Shown here one piece after another: positions 1-8,074 of a stretch of DNA of 54,517 bases; positions within the stretch are counted from its first letter, which is position 1; each line of letters opens with the position of its first letter. The DNA lies in assembly GCA_015492295.1 (NCBI GenBank), contig WGFI01000099.1, forward strand, positions 1 through 54,517, written 5' to 3'. Below the pieces are notes generated by a model. That model worked only from the letters and a program-made list of their open reading frames with translations, searched no databases and was not told the origin of the DNA. The position numbers and the translations under genes are program-made. Source of the stretch: a candidate division WOR-3 bacterium (GTDB lineage: Bacteria > Hydrothermota > Hydrothermia > LBFQ01).

Positions 1-59
1 TAGCGTTGAAGGTCTATGAATGGGCAAAAGATATAGTTGAAGGTACGACCTTAGAATAG
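1..59 (+). CDS. HEPN domain protein, C-terminal fragment (cut by window edge)
   Basis: Frame from base 3 reads ALKVYEWAKDIVEGTTLE*, nearly identical to the C-terminus of HEPN 402..791. Confidence 0.85.
   Translation, partial: ALKVYEWAKDIVEGTTLE
46..57 (+). promoter_or_regulatory. Putative leaderless promoter CGACCT-TAGAAT
   Basis: -10-like hexamer 7 nt before GTG at 65; instance of window-wide motif. Confidence 0.65.
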
Positions 60-64
60 GGGTA

Positions 65-433
65 GTGAAGGAAGGGAAGGATTTACTTAAAAGAGACCCT
101 GTTCTCCGCCGTATAGTTGAGGTGATCGTTAGGGAGATAGACCCGGATAAAATAATCCTCTTTGGTTCAAGAGCGAGGGGAGATTACAAAGAAGATAGCG
201 ATTATGATATTCTCGTGCTTAAAGAAGGGGTTAGAGCGGAGGAAAGGAGGAAGATTGAGATGAAAATTGAGAGAATGTTTCTTAAAGAGGGTATATTTGT
301 CCCAACAGATGTTATAGTTCAAGATTCTCATAGGTATAAAAGTCTCAAAAAGCGTGTAGGTAAGGTATATTACAGCATAGAGAAGGAAGGGGTTCTGGTG
401 TATGAGTGTAGAAGATGCAAAGGAGTGGCTTGA
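65..433 (+). CDS. Minimal nucleotidyltransferase (MNT) antitoxin-like protein
   Basis: FGSRARGDYKEDSDYD (GSx10DxD), DVIV third Asp, EGVLVYE end motif; overlaps HEPN start. Confidence 0.9.
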   Translation: MKEGKDLLKRDPVLRRIVEVIVREIDPDKIILFGSRARGDYKEDSDYDILVLKEGVRAEERRKIEMKIERMFLKEGIFVPTDVIVQDSHRYKSLKKRVGKVYYSIEKEGVLVYECRRCKGVA

Positions 434-791
434 ATTTGCACGAAAGGATATAAGGAGAGCTTACAACAACGCATCGTTGGAAGATTATTCACTTGCAGTG
501 TATTTACTTCAGCAGGCAGTGGAAAAGTCGCTGAAAGCTGTTATCATTTTACATGGTAAAACCCCGCCCCGAACCCACAATATTCGTACGCTTATAGGTA
601 CCATTGAAGAATTTAAAGATTTTCCCGAGGATCTAGAAGATGCGGCTAATTTAACCCGTTATGCATTTGAAACGCGTTATCCAGATGAATACATTTCAGT
701 AGAGGAAAAGGAGTACGAAGAGGCTTATGATTTAGCGTTGAAGGTCTATGAATGGGCGAAAGATATAGTTGAAAGTACAGCCTTAGAATAG
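402..791 (+). CDS. HEPN domain protein (COG2250/HEPN-T type)
   Basis: W..A..D, QQAVEKSLKA, TH, RYPD motifs; paired with upstream MNT. Confidence 0.9.
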   Translation: MSVEDAKEWLEFARKDIRRAYNNASLEDYSLAVYLLQQAVEKSLKAVIILHGKTPPRTHNIRTLIGTIEEFKDFPEDLEDAANLTRYAFETRYPDEYISVEEKEYEEAYDLALKVYEWAKDIVESTALE

Positions 792-959
792 GGGTAATGA
801 AGGAAGGTAGAGATTTACTTAAAAGAGACCCTGTTCTCTGCCGCATAGTTGAAGTGATCGTCAAGGAGATAGACCCAGATAGGATAATCCTCTTTGGTTC
901 AAGGGCAAGAGGGGATTACAGGGAAGATAGTGATTATGATATTCTCGTGCTTAAAGAAG
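733..959 (+). repeat. Conserved junction repeat of MNT-HEPN array, copy 2
   Basis: Aligns without gaps to 1..226. Confidence 0.9.
778..789 (+). promoter_or_regulatory. Putative leaderless promoter CAGCCT-TAGAAT
   Basis: 7 nt before ATG at 797. Confidence 0.65.
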
Positions 960-1180
960 AGGTAAAGCCGGAGGATAGGAGGCCGTTGCAGAGGAGAATA
1001 AGGAGAGCGCTTTGGAGGGAGGATATTTACGGTTCGGCCTCAGTGGATGTGATAGTGCAGGACACTCGAAGATACGAGGATTTGAAGGAGAGGTGGGACC
1101 TTATATATTACGATGCCGATAAGGAGGGGGTGATTCTTTATGAGAGAAAGAGCAAAAGAGTGGCTAAAGTTTTCCCTTGA
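797..1180 (+). CDS. MNT antitoxin-like protein
   Basis: GSRARGDYREDSDYD motif; first ~54 aa almost identical to 65..433, C-terminal half divergent. Confidence 0.9.
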   Translation: MKEGRDLLKRDPVLCRIVEVIVKEIDPDRIILFGSRARGDYREDSDYDILVLKEEVKPEDRRPLQRRIRRALWREDIYGSASVDVIVQDTRRYEDLKERWDLIYYDADKEGVILYERKSKRVAKVFP

Positions 1181-1541
1181 TGACCTTGAGGTGGCCCGTG
1201 AGGCGGCAAAACTCGGAAAGTACAATATAGCGGCGTATCACCTACAACAGGCCGTTGAAAAGGCTATAAAAGGTGTTATAGTTTTTATTGGAAAGCGTAA
1301 AAGTTTAAAAACGCACGATATAAGTGTTCTTTTTAAGATGTTGATGGAGGAGGGTGTTAATGTACCCGTTGAAGTTTTGGACGCTCAGGAACTAACAGAG
1401 TACGCTTTCACAACTCGTTATCCCGACGATTACATCCCCGTTTCTGCGGAGGAGTACGAGGAGGCCTATGAAATAGCGTTGAAGGTCTATGAATGGGCAA
1501 AAGGGATAATAGAAGGTAGTGAAGGAGGGAAAGGGATCTGA
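1140..1541 (+). CDS. HEPN domain protein (COG2250 type), C-terminus altered by deletion
   Basis: QQAVEKAIKG, KTHD, TRYPDD, ALKVYEWAK motifs. Confidence 0.9.
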   Translation: MRERAKEWLKFSLDDLEVAREAAKLGKYNIAAYHLQQAVEKAIKGVIVFIGKRKSLKTHDISVLFKMLMEEGVNVPVEVLDAQELTEYAFTTRYPDDYIPVSAEEYEEAYEIALKVYEWAKGIIEGSEGGKGI

Positions 1542-1640
1542 TTCGGTTCAAGGGCGAAGGGGGATTACAAAGAGGACAGCGATTACGATATTCTCGTGCT
1601 TAAAGAAGGGGTTAGAGCGGAGGAAAGGAGGAAGATTGAG
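1474..1640 (+). repeat. Junction repeat of MNT-HEPN array, copy 3 (with two deletions)
   Basis: TAGCGTTGAAGGTCTATGAATGGGCAAAAG matches base 1 onward; 1591..1640 identical to ~210..259. Confidence 0.85.
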
Positions 1641-1820
1641 GGAAAGCTGCTTGTTGAGTTCCTCAAGGCGAGGATCTATAGGGATGTGGCCGTGGATGTG
1701 ATAGTTCAGCCGCCTGATAAGATTGAGGAGCTGAAGGACGTTCCTTATATGGTCTATTACGACGCTCACAGGGAGGGGGTAGTGATATATGAGGTGGAAC
1801 TTTCGGGTTTAGAATTCTAA
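1519..1820 (+). pseudogene. MNT pseudogene (N-terminal deletion and frameshift)
   Basis: GTG-KEGK start at 1519, about 73 nt shorter than copy 1, then out-of-frame FGSRAKGDYKEDSDYDILVLKE from 1542; no HEPN partner follows. Confidence 0.8.
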
Positions 1821-1821
1821 G

Positions 1822-2115
1822 GTGCTAACGCTTGCGGAGGTAAAGGAGATACTTAAGGGATACAAGGATGAGATAAGAGAGAGATACAAAGCGGAGATTT
1901 TGGGTGTTTTCGGCTCTTATGCGAGGGGTGAGCAGAATGAAAAGAGCGATGTGGATATTCTTGTCAGATTCCATAAGGGTGCAACGCTTTTTGATCTCGT
2001 TGAACTTGGAGATTTCCTTGAAGAAAAGCTCGGTATAAACGTGGATATAGTTTCGGAAAACGCCGTAAGGGAGGAGTTAAGAGATAGAATAGAGAAGGAT
2101 TTGGTCGCGCTGTGA
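1822..2115 (+). CDS. MntA-like nucleotidyltransferase antitoxin (COG1669 type)
   Basis: FGSYARGEQNEKSDVD, L...LG..VD.V motif; GTGA overlap with the DUF86 gene. Confidence 0.9.
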   Translation: MLTLAEVKEILKGYKDEIRERYKAEILGVFGSYARGEQNEKSDVDILVRFHKGATLFDLVELGDFLEEKLGINVDIVSENAVREELRDRIEKDLVAL

Positions 2116-2455
2116 AGAGGGATTATAGGCTTTTCATAAAAGACATGCTTGAGTCTATGGAAGCGATAGAGAGGTTTGTTGAAGGGATGGAGTTCGAGGA
2201 ATTTTCAAGGACAACAAGACAACGAGTGCGGTGATAAGGAAGTTTGAGATCATAGGGGAGGCTGCAAGACATGTTCCCGATTGGATAAGGGAGAGGTATT
2301 CGGATGTCCCGTGGGGAAGTATGATAGGGATGAGGAACAGATTGATTCACGCCTATTTCGGTATAGATTACAGACTCGTATGGGACACGATAAAGGTTGA
2401 ATTTCCAAAGGTAAAACCCCAGCTGTTAAAAATCCTCGAGGATTTGGGGGAATAG
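2112..2455 (+). pseudogene. HepT-like DUF86 (COG2361) RNase toxin, frameshifted
   Basis: GTG 2112 MKRDYRLFIKDMLE...EFEEF, frame change at ~2202-2206, then KDNKTTSAVIRKFEIIGEA...GMRNRLIHAY (Rx4HxY). Confidence 0.85.
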
Positions 2456-3108
2456 CGGTTGTTAAGGGAATAGGCATCCCCTATGTCTTCCACATTTATG
2501 CCTCTCGCCTTTTTGCGATACTCCTCAGCTTTCTTTTTATCCCCTTTCTTCTCGTAGGCTTCGGCGAGGTTTTCGTAGACTGTAGCGACATAAGGATGCT
2601 CAGGTCCTAAGGTTTTGAGACGAATGCTCAGAGCTTTGTTGTAATACTCTATTGCCCTGTCATATTCGCCTTTGTCGCCGTATGCATTGCCCAAGTTGTT
2701 GTATATATCCGCTCTCAGAAGTTCCAACACCTCACCTATTTCCTCTTTGCTCAAATACATCATACCTTCATCTCCAAGTATGACAGGTACCCTCTCCTCT
2801 TCCACCCTTATATCGCTCAGCCCTTCAAGGGCGTACCCGTACATCCTTATCTCTTCATCGTACATCGCACTATTGCTAAGCATATCTCCATACATCCCAC
2901 ATCCCAAAGCTATGGCCTCAGGTATATCCCTCCACAGACCTTCTTTACATACTTCTTCGTACTGACCGTTGGAAATGGGGCGGAGCAAACTCGTGTCTTT
3001 TGCAGCAAGCAGACTAAGAAGGATAGACAACCTATTCTCAACAACGACACTGTCAAGGGCGAGGGTTAGAAAGAGCATAGGGGAGGATGCTGGAAGGAGC
3101 ATTAGCAT
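2368..3108 (-). CDS. Tetratricopeptide repeat protein (TPR_12-like)
   Basis: YNNLGNAY..KGEYDRAIEYYNKAL..RLKTLGPEHPYVATVYENLA; start moved to 3108 (TAAAAT 8 nt upstream); 3' end overlaps the DUF86 gene. Confidence 0.7.
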   Translation of the reverse strand: MLMLLPASSPMLFLTLALDSVVVENRLSILLSLLAAKDTSLLRPISNGQYEEVCKEGLWRDIPEAIALGCGMYGDMLSNSAMYDEEIRMYGYALEGLSDIRVEEERVPVILGDEGMMYLSKEEIGEVLELLRADIYNNLGNAYGDKGEYDRAIEYYNKALSIRLKTLGPEHPYVATVYENLAEAYEKKGDKKKAEEYRKKARGINVEDIGDAYSLNNRYSPKSSRIFNSWGFTFGNSTFIVSHTSL

Positions 3109-3175
3109 AGGCGAATATTTTAACACGGCCAGCTTTTGCAAGGGGGATTTATTCCATCCTTAAAATTAAGGGATT

Positions 3176-3559
3176 GTGAGGGATACGGCGAGAAAGTGGT
3201 ATAAACAGGCTCTTCACGACCTTGAAATGGCCGAAAAGAACATTCAAATAGAAGGTTATGATGTTTCAGCGTTTCTATCGCACCAAGCGGTTGAGAAGCT
3301 CTTAAAAGCGGGTTTTATATTGGAGGGTAAGGAAGTACCCAAGACGCATTTCGTTGATGAACTCGCACAGGGGCTTAATTTACCAAATGAACTTCAAAGA
3401 GAGATCGCAGAGCTTACAGTGGATTACACCTTATTCAGATACCCAGATGTTTCCGATAGTGTCCCTTATGAGCAATACACGAGAGAAATCGCTTTGGAGA
3501 AGATCCACATCGCCAAAAAGGTTTTGAAGTACTTTAAAGAGAGATGGGGGGAGTTATGA
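3176..3559 (+). CDS. HEPN domain protein (COG2250 type)
   Basis: WYKQA..DL, HQAVEKLLKA, PKTH, RYPD; promoter CATCCTTAAAAT at 3155..3166. Confidence 0.9.
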   Translation: MRDTARKWYKQALHDLEMAEKNIQIEGYDVSAFLSHQAVEKLLKAGFILEGKEVPKTHFVDELAQGLNLPNELQREIAELTVDYTLFRYPDVSDSVPYEQYTREIALEKIHIAKKVLKYFKERWGEL

Positions 3560-3900
3560 AGGATAGATGGGTTGAAAGGTTTATCAAAGAGGCTCTACCT
3601 AAGATTTTAAGCGAAGTTTCCCCTTTGCTAGTTATAATCTTCGGCTCAAGGGTAAAAGGTGGTGCAAGGGAAGATTCCGATATTGATGTTATAGTTGTTT
3701 CGGACTACTTTAAGGACATACCTTTTATAAAGAGGATGCCGATGCTTTTGAGATTGGTATATTTCGAAAAGCATATTGATTTTCTGTGCTATACGGAGGA
3801 AGAGTTTAACAGGATAAAGGATGAATCCGTTATCGTGAGGACAGCCCTGCGGGAAGGAATAAACGTATATGCACTTAATCCTCCCCCAACCTCTTCCTGA
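3556..3900 (+). CDS. MNT nucleotidyltransferase
   Basis: FGSRVKGGAREDSDID, IDFLCYTEEEF; ATGA overlap with HEPN stop gives start 3556. Confidence 0.9.
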   Translation: MKDRWVERFIKEALPKILSEVSPLLVIIFGSRVKGGAREDSDIDVIVVSDYFKDIPFIKRMPMLLRLVYFEKHIDFLCYTEEEFNRIKDESVIVRTALREGINVYALNPPPTSS

Positions 3901-4141
3901 TCTCCTCCGCCCTTTTCTTGTCTCCCTTCTTCTCATAGGCTTTGGCGAGGTTTTCGTAAACCATGGCGACATAAGGATGCTCAGGGCCTAAGGTTTTGAA
4001 GTATATCTTCAGGGCCTTGTTGAGATACTCAATAGCCCTGGAGTAGTCTTCTTTGTTGTAGTTTGCACTACATTTGTTTTCTCTTAATTCCTCCCAGCTT
4101 TTGGATAGGTAAAGGGTCCGCTCGGTTTTTCCAAAAAACAA
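3875..4141 (-). pseudogene. Short TPR protein or fragment, paralog of 2368..3108
   Basis: RAIEYLNKALKIYFKTLGPEHPYVAMVYENLAKAYEKKGDKKRAEE; weak TTG start. Confidence 0.6.
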
Positions 4142-4165
4142 ATTTTTCTGGGGTATAATAAACGG

Positions 4166-4864
4166 TTGTTATTACCGATTATAAAACTGAAAAATGTGCA
4201 TAAGACTTATAGAATAGGGGAGAGTTCTGTGCATGTTTTGAAAGGGGTTAATTTGAGGGTTGTTCCAGGTGAGGTTGTGGGGATTATGGGGCCGTCAGGT
4301 TCAGGAAAATCCACACTGCTGAATATTATATCAACTCTTGATTTCGCTGATGAAGGTTATGTTGAAGTACTTGAAAATGAAATTTCTCCCTCAAAATTCA
4401 CGGATAATGAACTTGCGATATTTCGCAGAAAGCACATAGGGATCATATTTCAATCGCACAATCTTATGCCCGAAATGACGGCTTTTGAGAATGTATATTT
4501 CGCTCTGTTGTTAAAAGGCTACTCCTCAAAGAGGGCGAAAAAGAGAGCGGAAGAAGTGTTAGAGGTGTTAGAAATAACCTCCGATAAGATGCACAAGAAT
4601 ATTCAGCTTCTATCCGGGGGGGAGAGACAGAGGGTTGCCGTTGCGAGGGCTTTGGCCATGGATGCGGAGATATTCATATGCGATGAACCTACCGCTGAAT
4701 TGGATAAAAGGAACGCCATAAACCTTATAAGCATTATGAGTAATCTCGCTTTTACGGGTAAAACTTTCATAGTGGCAACGCATGATGAAAGGCTTATGCC
4801 GTTTTTTACATCGGTATATAAGTTGGAAGATGGAGTTTTAAACTTGGTAAAAAAGGAGGTTTGA
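4166..4864 (+). CDS. ABC transporter ATP-binding protein (LolD/MacB-like)
   Basis: GPSGSGKST, LSGGERQRVAVARAL, DEPT, ATHD; TATAAT 6 nt upstream. Confidence 0.9.
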   Translation: MLLPIIKLKNVHKTYRIGESSVHVLKGVNLRVVPGEVVGIMGPSGSGKSTLLNIISTLDFADEGYVEVLENEISPSKFTDNELAIFRRKHIGIIFQSHNLMPEMTAFENVYFALLLKGYSSKRAKKRAEEVLEVLEITSDKMHKNIQLLSGGERQRVAVARALAMDAEIFICDEPTAELDKRNAINLISIMSNLAFTGKTFIVATHDERLMPFFTSVYKLEDGVLNLVKKEV

Positions 4865-4865
4865 T

Positions 4866-5255
4866 ATGGAAAAGATAACGCAAATTTTAACGCAACTGGC
4901 TTCGGAGATGCCTGGATTTTTAGCATGCGCTTTGGTTGATAAAGAGGAAGGATTAACGATAGCGGAGCAGAAATCGGAGCAAGACTTCGAAGTTTCTATA
5001 ACCGCCGCTTACAGTGTAGAACTTCTGAGAGCGCAGAAAAGGGCTTTAGAAAGTATAAACGAACAGGATGAGAGTATAGAAATATTCGCATTTACCAAGA
5101 ATTACCTGTTCATATCAAAATCCGTAGGTGATACACCTTTCTATCTTCACCTCGTTCTGAAAAGGGAAAAAGCGGTTCTTGGGTTGGTTTTTGCGTTTCT
5201 AAGGAGGTATGTATTATTGCTTGAGAAGGCAATAGAGGAATGGCAGAAAGCGTAA
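4866..5255 (+). CDS. Roadblock/LC7-like domain protein
   Basis: 129 aa with L..L...PG..A.ALVD..GL.IA pattern and terminal LVL......LG. Confidence 0.65.
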   Translation: MEKITQILTQLASEMPGFLACALVDKEEGLTIAEQKSEQDFEVSITAAYSVELLRAQKRALESINEQDESIEIFAFTKNYLFISKSVGDTPFYLHLVLKREKAVLGLVFAFLRRYVLLLEKAIEEWQKA

Positions 5256-5258
5256 AAA

Positions 5259-6041
5259 GTGCGCGGAAGATTTTACGGAATTACGGATCTCGGTAAGGTA
5301 AGGAAAAAGAACGAGGATGCTTATATAATAAATCCTTTTACGGGTTTATTCGCTATCGCCGATGGTCTTGGAGGAAGGAAAGCGGGGGATTTCGCATCCA
5401 ATTATGCCCTTGAAGTGCTGGATACGGAGCTTCAAAATCTGCTCCATGTTGAAAAATCACCTAAGGATGCTCTAAGAAGGGCTTTTATCAATACGTCTAT
5501 GGCCGTTTTTCAGAGAACCTCATCTTCACTTGATCTGAAAGGTGCCATGACAACCCTAACCGCCCTATTACTTAAAAACTCAAAATGGTATATAGCACAT
5601 GTTGGAGATACCAGAGCTTATTTGGTTAGAGGGAAACACCTTTACTTATTAACCGAGGATGATACGAAAGCGCAACTTTTGGTAAGGCAGGGGGCATTAA
5701 AGCCGGATGAGGCCTTGAATCATCCTTCAAGGAATGTGTTGGTCAGAGCCTTGGGATCAAGACCGATAGTAAAACCACATATGTACGAAGGTTTTTTAGC
5801 AAAGGGAGATAGATTTCTGCTGGCTTCGGACGGTTTATATTCATACTTTGACTACAAGGAGCTTTTAAACTATATAACAACCTACGAACCAAAGCCCCTG
5901 TTGGAAAAGCTCAGAAAAGAGGCGAATGATCGAGGTGGTGAGGATAATCTTACAGCCGTCGCCGTTGAGATAATTGATGTGCCACCTTACTCAACATTAC
6001 TCGCTAAGTTTCAAAATTTCACTTTAAGGAGGTTGGTATGA
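5259..6041 (+). CDS. PP2C-family Ser/Thr phosphatase (Stp1/PrpC-like)
   Basis: TD.G.VR..NED, ADGLGG, HVGDTRAY, SDGL, GG.DN.T. Confidence 0.92.
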   Translation: MRGRFYGITDLGKVRKKNEDAYIINPFTGLFAIADGLGGRKAGDFASNYALEVLDTELQNLLHVEKSPKDALRRAFINTSMAVFQRTSSSLDLKGAMTTLTALLLKNSKWYIAHVGDTRAYLVRGKHLYLLTEDDTKAQLLVRQGALKPDEALNHPSRNVLVRALGSRPIVKPHMYEGFLAKGDRFLLASDGLYSYFDYKELLNYITTYEPKPLLEKLRKEANDRGGEDNLTAVAVEIIDVPPYSTLLAKFQNFTLRRLV

Positions 6042-7093
6042 ACCTTGAAGGAAAAACATTGGCAGGAAAGTATAAGATAATTGAAAAGTTGGGAAGCGGA
6101 GGTATGGCGATCGTGTATAGAGGGGAGCATACATACCTTAAAAAACCGGTGGCTATAAAGGTCATGCTTCCCGCATTTTCCGAAAATAAGGAACTCGTTG
6201 AAAGATTCTTTCAAGAGGCGGAGACGGCATCAAAACTGGATCATCCAAACATAGTCAAGATATTTGATTTCGGAGATGAGGAAGGATTTCTATACTTGGT
6301 TATGCAGTACGTTCAAGGTGAAACCTTGGAAAGGATATTGCAAGCTAGGGGTAAGTTGGAATTAACCGAAGCCATAAGCATAATACTGCAAGTTCTATCG
6401 GCATTGGATTACGCTCACGAGAAAGGGCTCGTCCATAGGGATATAAAGCCTGCGAACATAATGGTGAATTCCGAAGGCAAGGCCTTCCTGTTGGACTTTG
6501 GAATAGCGATTTTGGCCGAAGCGAAGAGGATAACAAAGACAAAGGTGGCGGCCGGAACGCCCGAATACATGGCTCCTGAGCAATTTAGAGGAAAGGCCGA
6601 TAGGAGATCCGATCTATATTCTGTGGGTGTTATATTCTACGAGATGCTAACGGGAAAAACCCCCTTTTCCGACGCAAAAGATATATACGAGCTGCAATAT
6701 AGGATACTCAGGGACCCCATCCCACCTACAAACATCAAGAAAGAGATCGATGAAATTTTGAACAAGGCCATGTCAAAATTGCCCTCCCAGAGATTTCAGA
6801 CGGCAAGGGAATTCGCCGAGGAACTGTTAAAATTACCGGAAGCTCAAGGCTTAGAATATCGCACCAGAAAACCCACAAGTATATCTATACCCGTCGTTGA
6901 GGAAAGTGAGATGAGTGAGGAGGAGAAAAGTCTAAGAAAAATAACGCAGTTCATAGAACTGCCGGAGGAAGAGGAGTTTGAGATAGAGGATAAGGGTTTT
7001 CCCTGGAAAATCTTCCTTGGAATCCTCTTCTTAGGTCTGATCCTTCTGATCGCTGCTCTCGTGATACTTTGGAGGATACTTGCAAAACCATAA
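6038..7093 (+). CDS. Hanks-type Ser/Thr protein kinase with C-terminal TM anchor
   Basis: LGSGGMA, VAIK, HRDIKPAN, DFG, GTPEYMAPE; terminal hydrophobic helix. Confidence 0.93.
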   Translation: MNLEGKTLAGKYKIIEKLGSGGMAIVYRGEHTYLKKPVAIKVMLPAFSENKELVERFFQEAETASKLDHPNIVKIFDFGDEEGFLYLVMQYVQGETLERILQARGKLELTEAISIILQVLSALDYAHEKGLVHRDIKPANIMVNSEGKAFLLDFGIAILAEAKRITKTKVAAGTPEYMAPEQFRGKADRRSDLYSVGVIFYEMLTGKTPFSDAKDIYELQYRILRDPIPPTNIKKEIDEILNKAMSKLPSQRFQTAREFAEELLKLPEAQGLEYRTRKPTSISIPVVEESEMSEEEKSLRKITQFIELPEEEEFEIEDKGFPWKIFLGILFLGLILLIAALVILWRILAKP

Positions 7094-7113
7094 AGGGCAG
7101 TTTATAATAGGGT

Positions 7114-8064
7114 ATGGTGAAAGTAATGGCACCCGAACTTGAAGGGGCGACTCATTGGATAAACGGTAAGGTGGAACTTAGGAAGTTGCGAGGGAATAAA
7201 GTTGTTTTATTGGATTTCTTTGAATTCACCTGCATAAACTGTATAAGAACATTCCCTTACCTAAGGGAATGGTGGAAAAGGTATAGGGATAAAGGCTTAA
7301 TTATAGTTGGGATTCACACTCCTGAGTTTGAAAGATCAAAGGATATAAACTTTCTCAAAAGGGAATTGGAAAGATACGATATAACCTGGCCTGTGGCTGT
7401 GGATAACGAATATAAGATCTGGGATGCTTATGCCAACATGTATTGGCCTCGAAAGTACCTCATAAACAAAGAGGGATACATAGTATATGACCACATAGGT
7501 GAGGGTAAGTATAGGGAAACCGAAATTGAAATACAGAAGGCCCTTATGGAAATTGATCCATATGTGAAACTTCCAGAGCCTGTAAATATTCTCCGTCCCG
7601 AGGATGATTTAAGGAGGGTGTGCTATCCCAGAACACCCGAAACCTACGCTGGGTATCTTAGGGGAAGGTTCATAGGTAAGATCGCCTATGATAAGGAGCA
7701 TAAGTACAGTGATCCCGAACCCAAAACGGATGGGGTTATATCCCTAAGAGGCATATGCAGGGTTGAAAGTCAAAGAGTTGTATTGTTAAAAGGAAAAGTT
7801 ATTATTACATTTAAAGGGAATTCCGCAAATGCTGTGATGTTTGGAAAGGGTAAGAAAATGGAGGTGTGTATCAATGGAAAACCTGTGCCTCCCGCGATGA
7901 GAGGGGAGGATATATTTGTAGAAAATGGACGAACATACATTTTCGTTGATAGTTATAGAATGTATAATATCATAAATTCGGAGAAATGGGGAATACATAC
8001 ACTTGAAATGGAAGGGGATGGAGTGGAAATTTATGCATTCACATTCGGCTCTTGCGCTATATAA
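7114..8064 (+). CDS. Redoxin/thioredoxin protein resembling the soluble part of DipZ
   Basis: DF..FTCINC.RT.P, G.HTPEF, YWPR.YLI, TPETY.GY, AFTFG. Confidence 0.85.
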   Translation: MVKVMAPELEGATHWINGKVELRKLRGNKVVLLDFFEFTCINCIRTFPYLREWWKRYRDKGLIIVGIHTPEFERSKDINFLKRELERYDITWPVAVDNEYKIWDAYANMYWPRKYLINKEGYIVYDHIGEGKYRETEIEIQKALMEIDPYVKLPEPVNILRPEDDLRRVCYPRTPETYAGYLRGRFIGKIAYDKEHKYSDPEPKTDGVISLRGICRVESQRVVLLKGKVIITFKGNSANAVMFGKGKKMEVCINGKPVPPAMRGEDIFVENGRTYIFVDSYRMYNIINSEKWGIHTLEMEGDGVEIYAFTFGSCAI

Positions 8065-8074
8065 ATGTTTCGGT

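Larger units (their letters stand above)
1..226 (+). repeat. Conserved junction repeat of MNT-HEPN array, copy 1 (HEPN 3' end + promoter + MNT 5' half)
   Basis: Near-identical to 733..959 (period 732 bp) and, with deletions, to 1474..1640. Confidence 0.9.

Noticed and set aside
1539-1541. TGA as selenocysteine or a recoded codon
   Set aside because: The position is a deletion junction, not a Cys-equivalent site. TGA is a normal stop in many genes here (lon, pyrG).
1-1640. Repeats at the start as a CRISPR array or integron attC cassettes
   Set aside because: The repeats are ~225 bp coding segments with a ~735 bp period. There are no short repeat-spacer units, no palindromic attC and no cas or integrase genes.
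1519-1701. 60-aa ORF as a real protein
   Set aside because: It is the out-of-frame product of the deleted MNT3 start.
8003-8074. Long N-terminal extension of PrmC
   Set aside because: It overlaps the redoxin gene by 62 nt; ATG 8075 gives a more plausible start.
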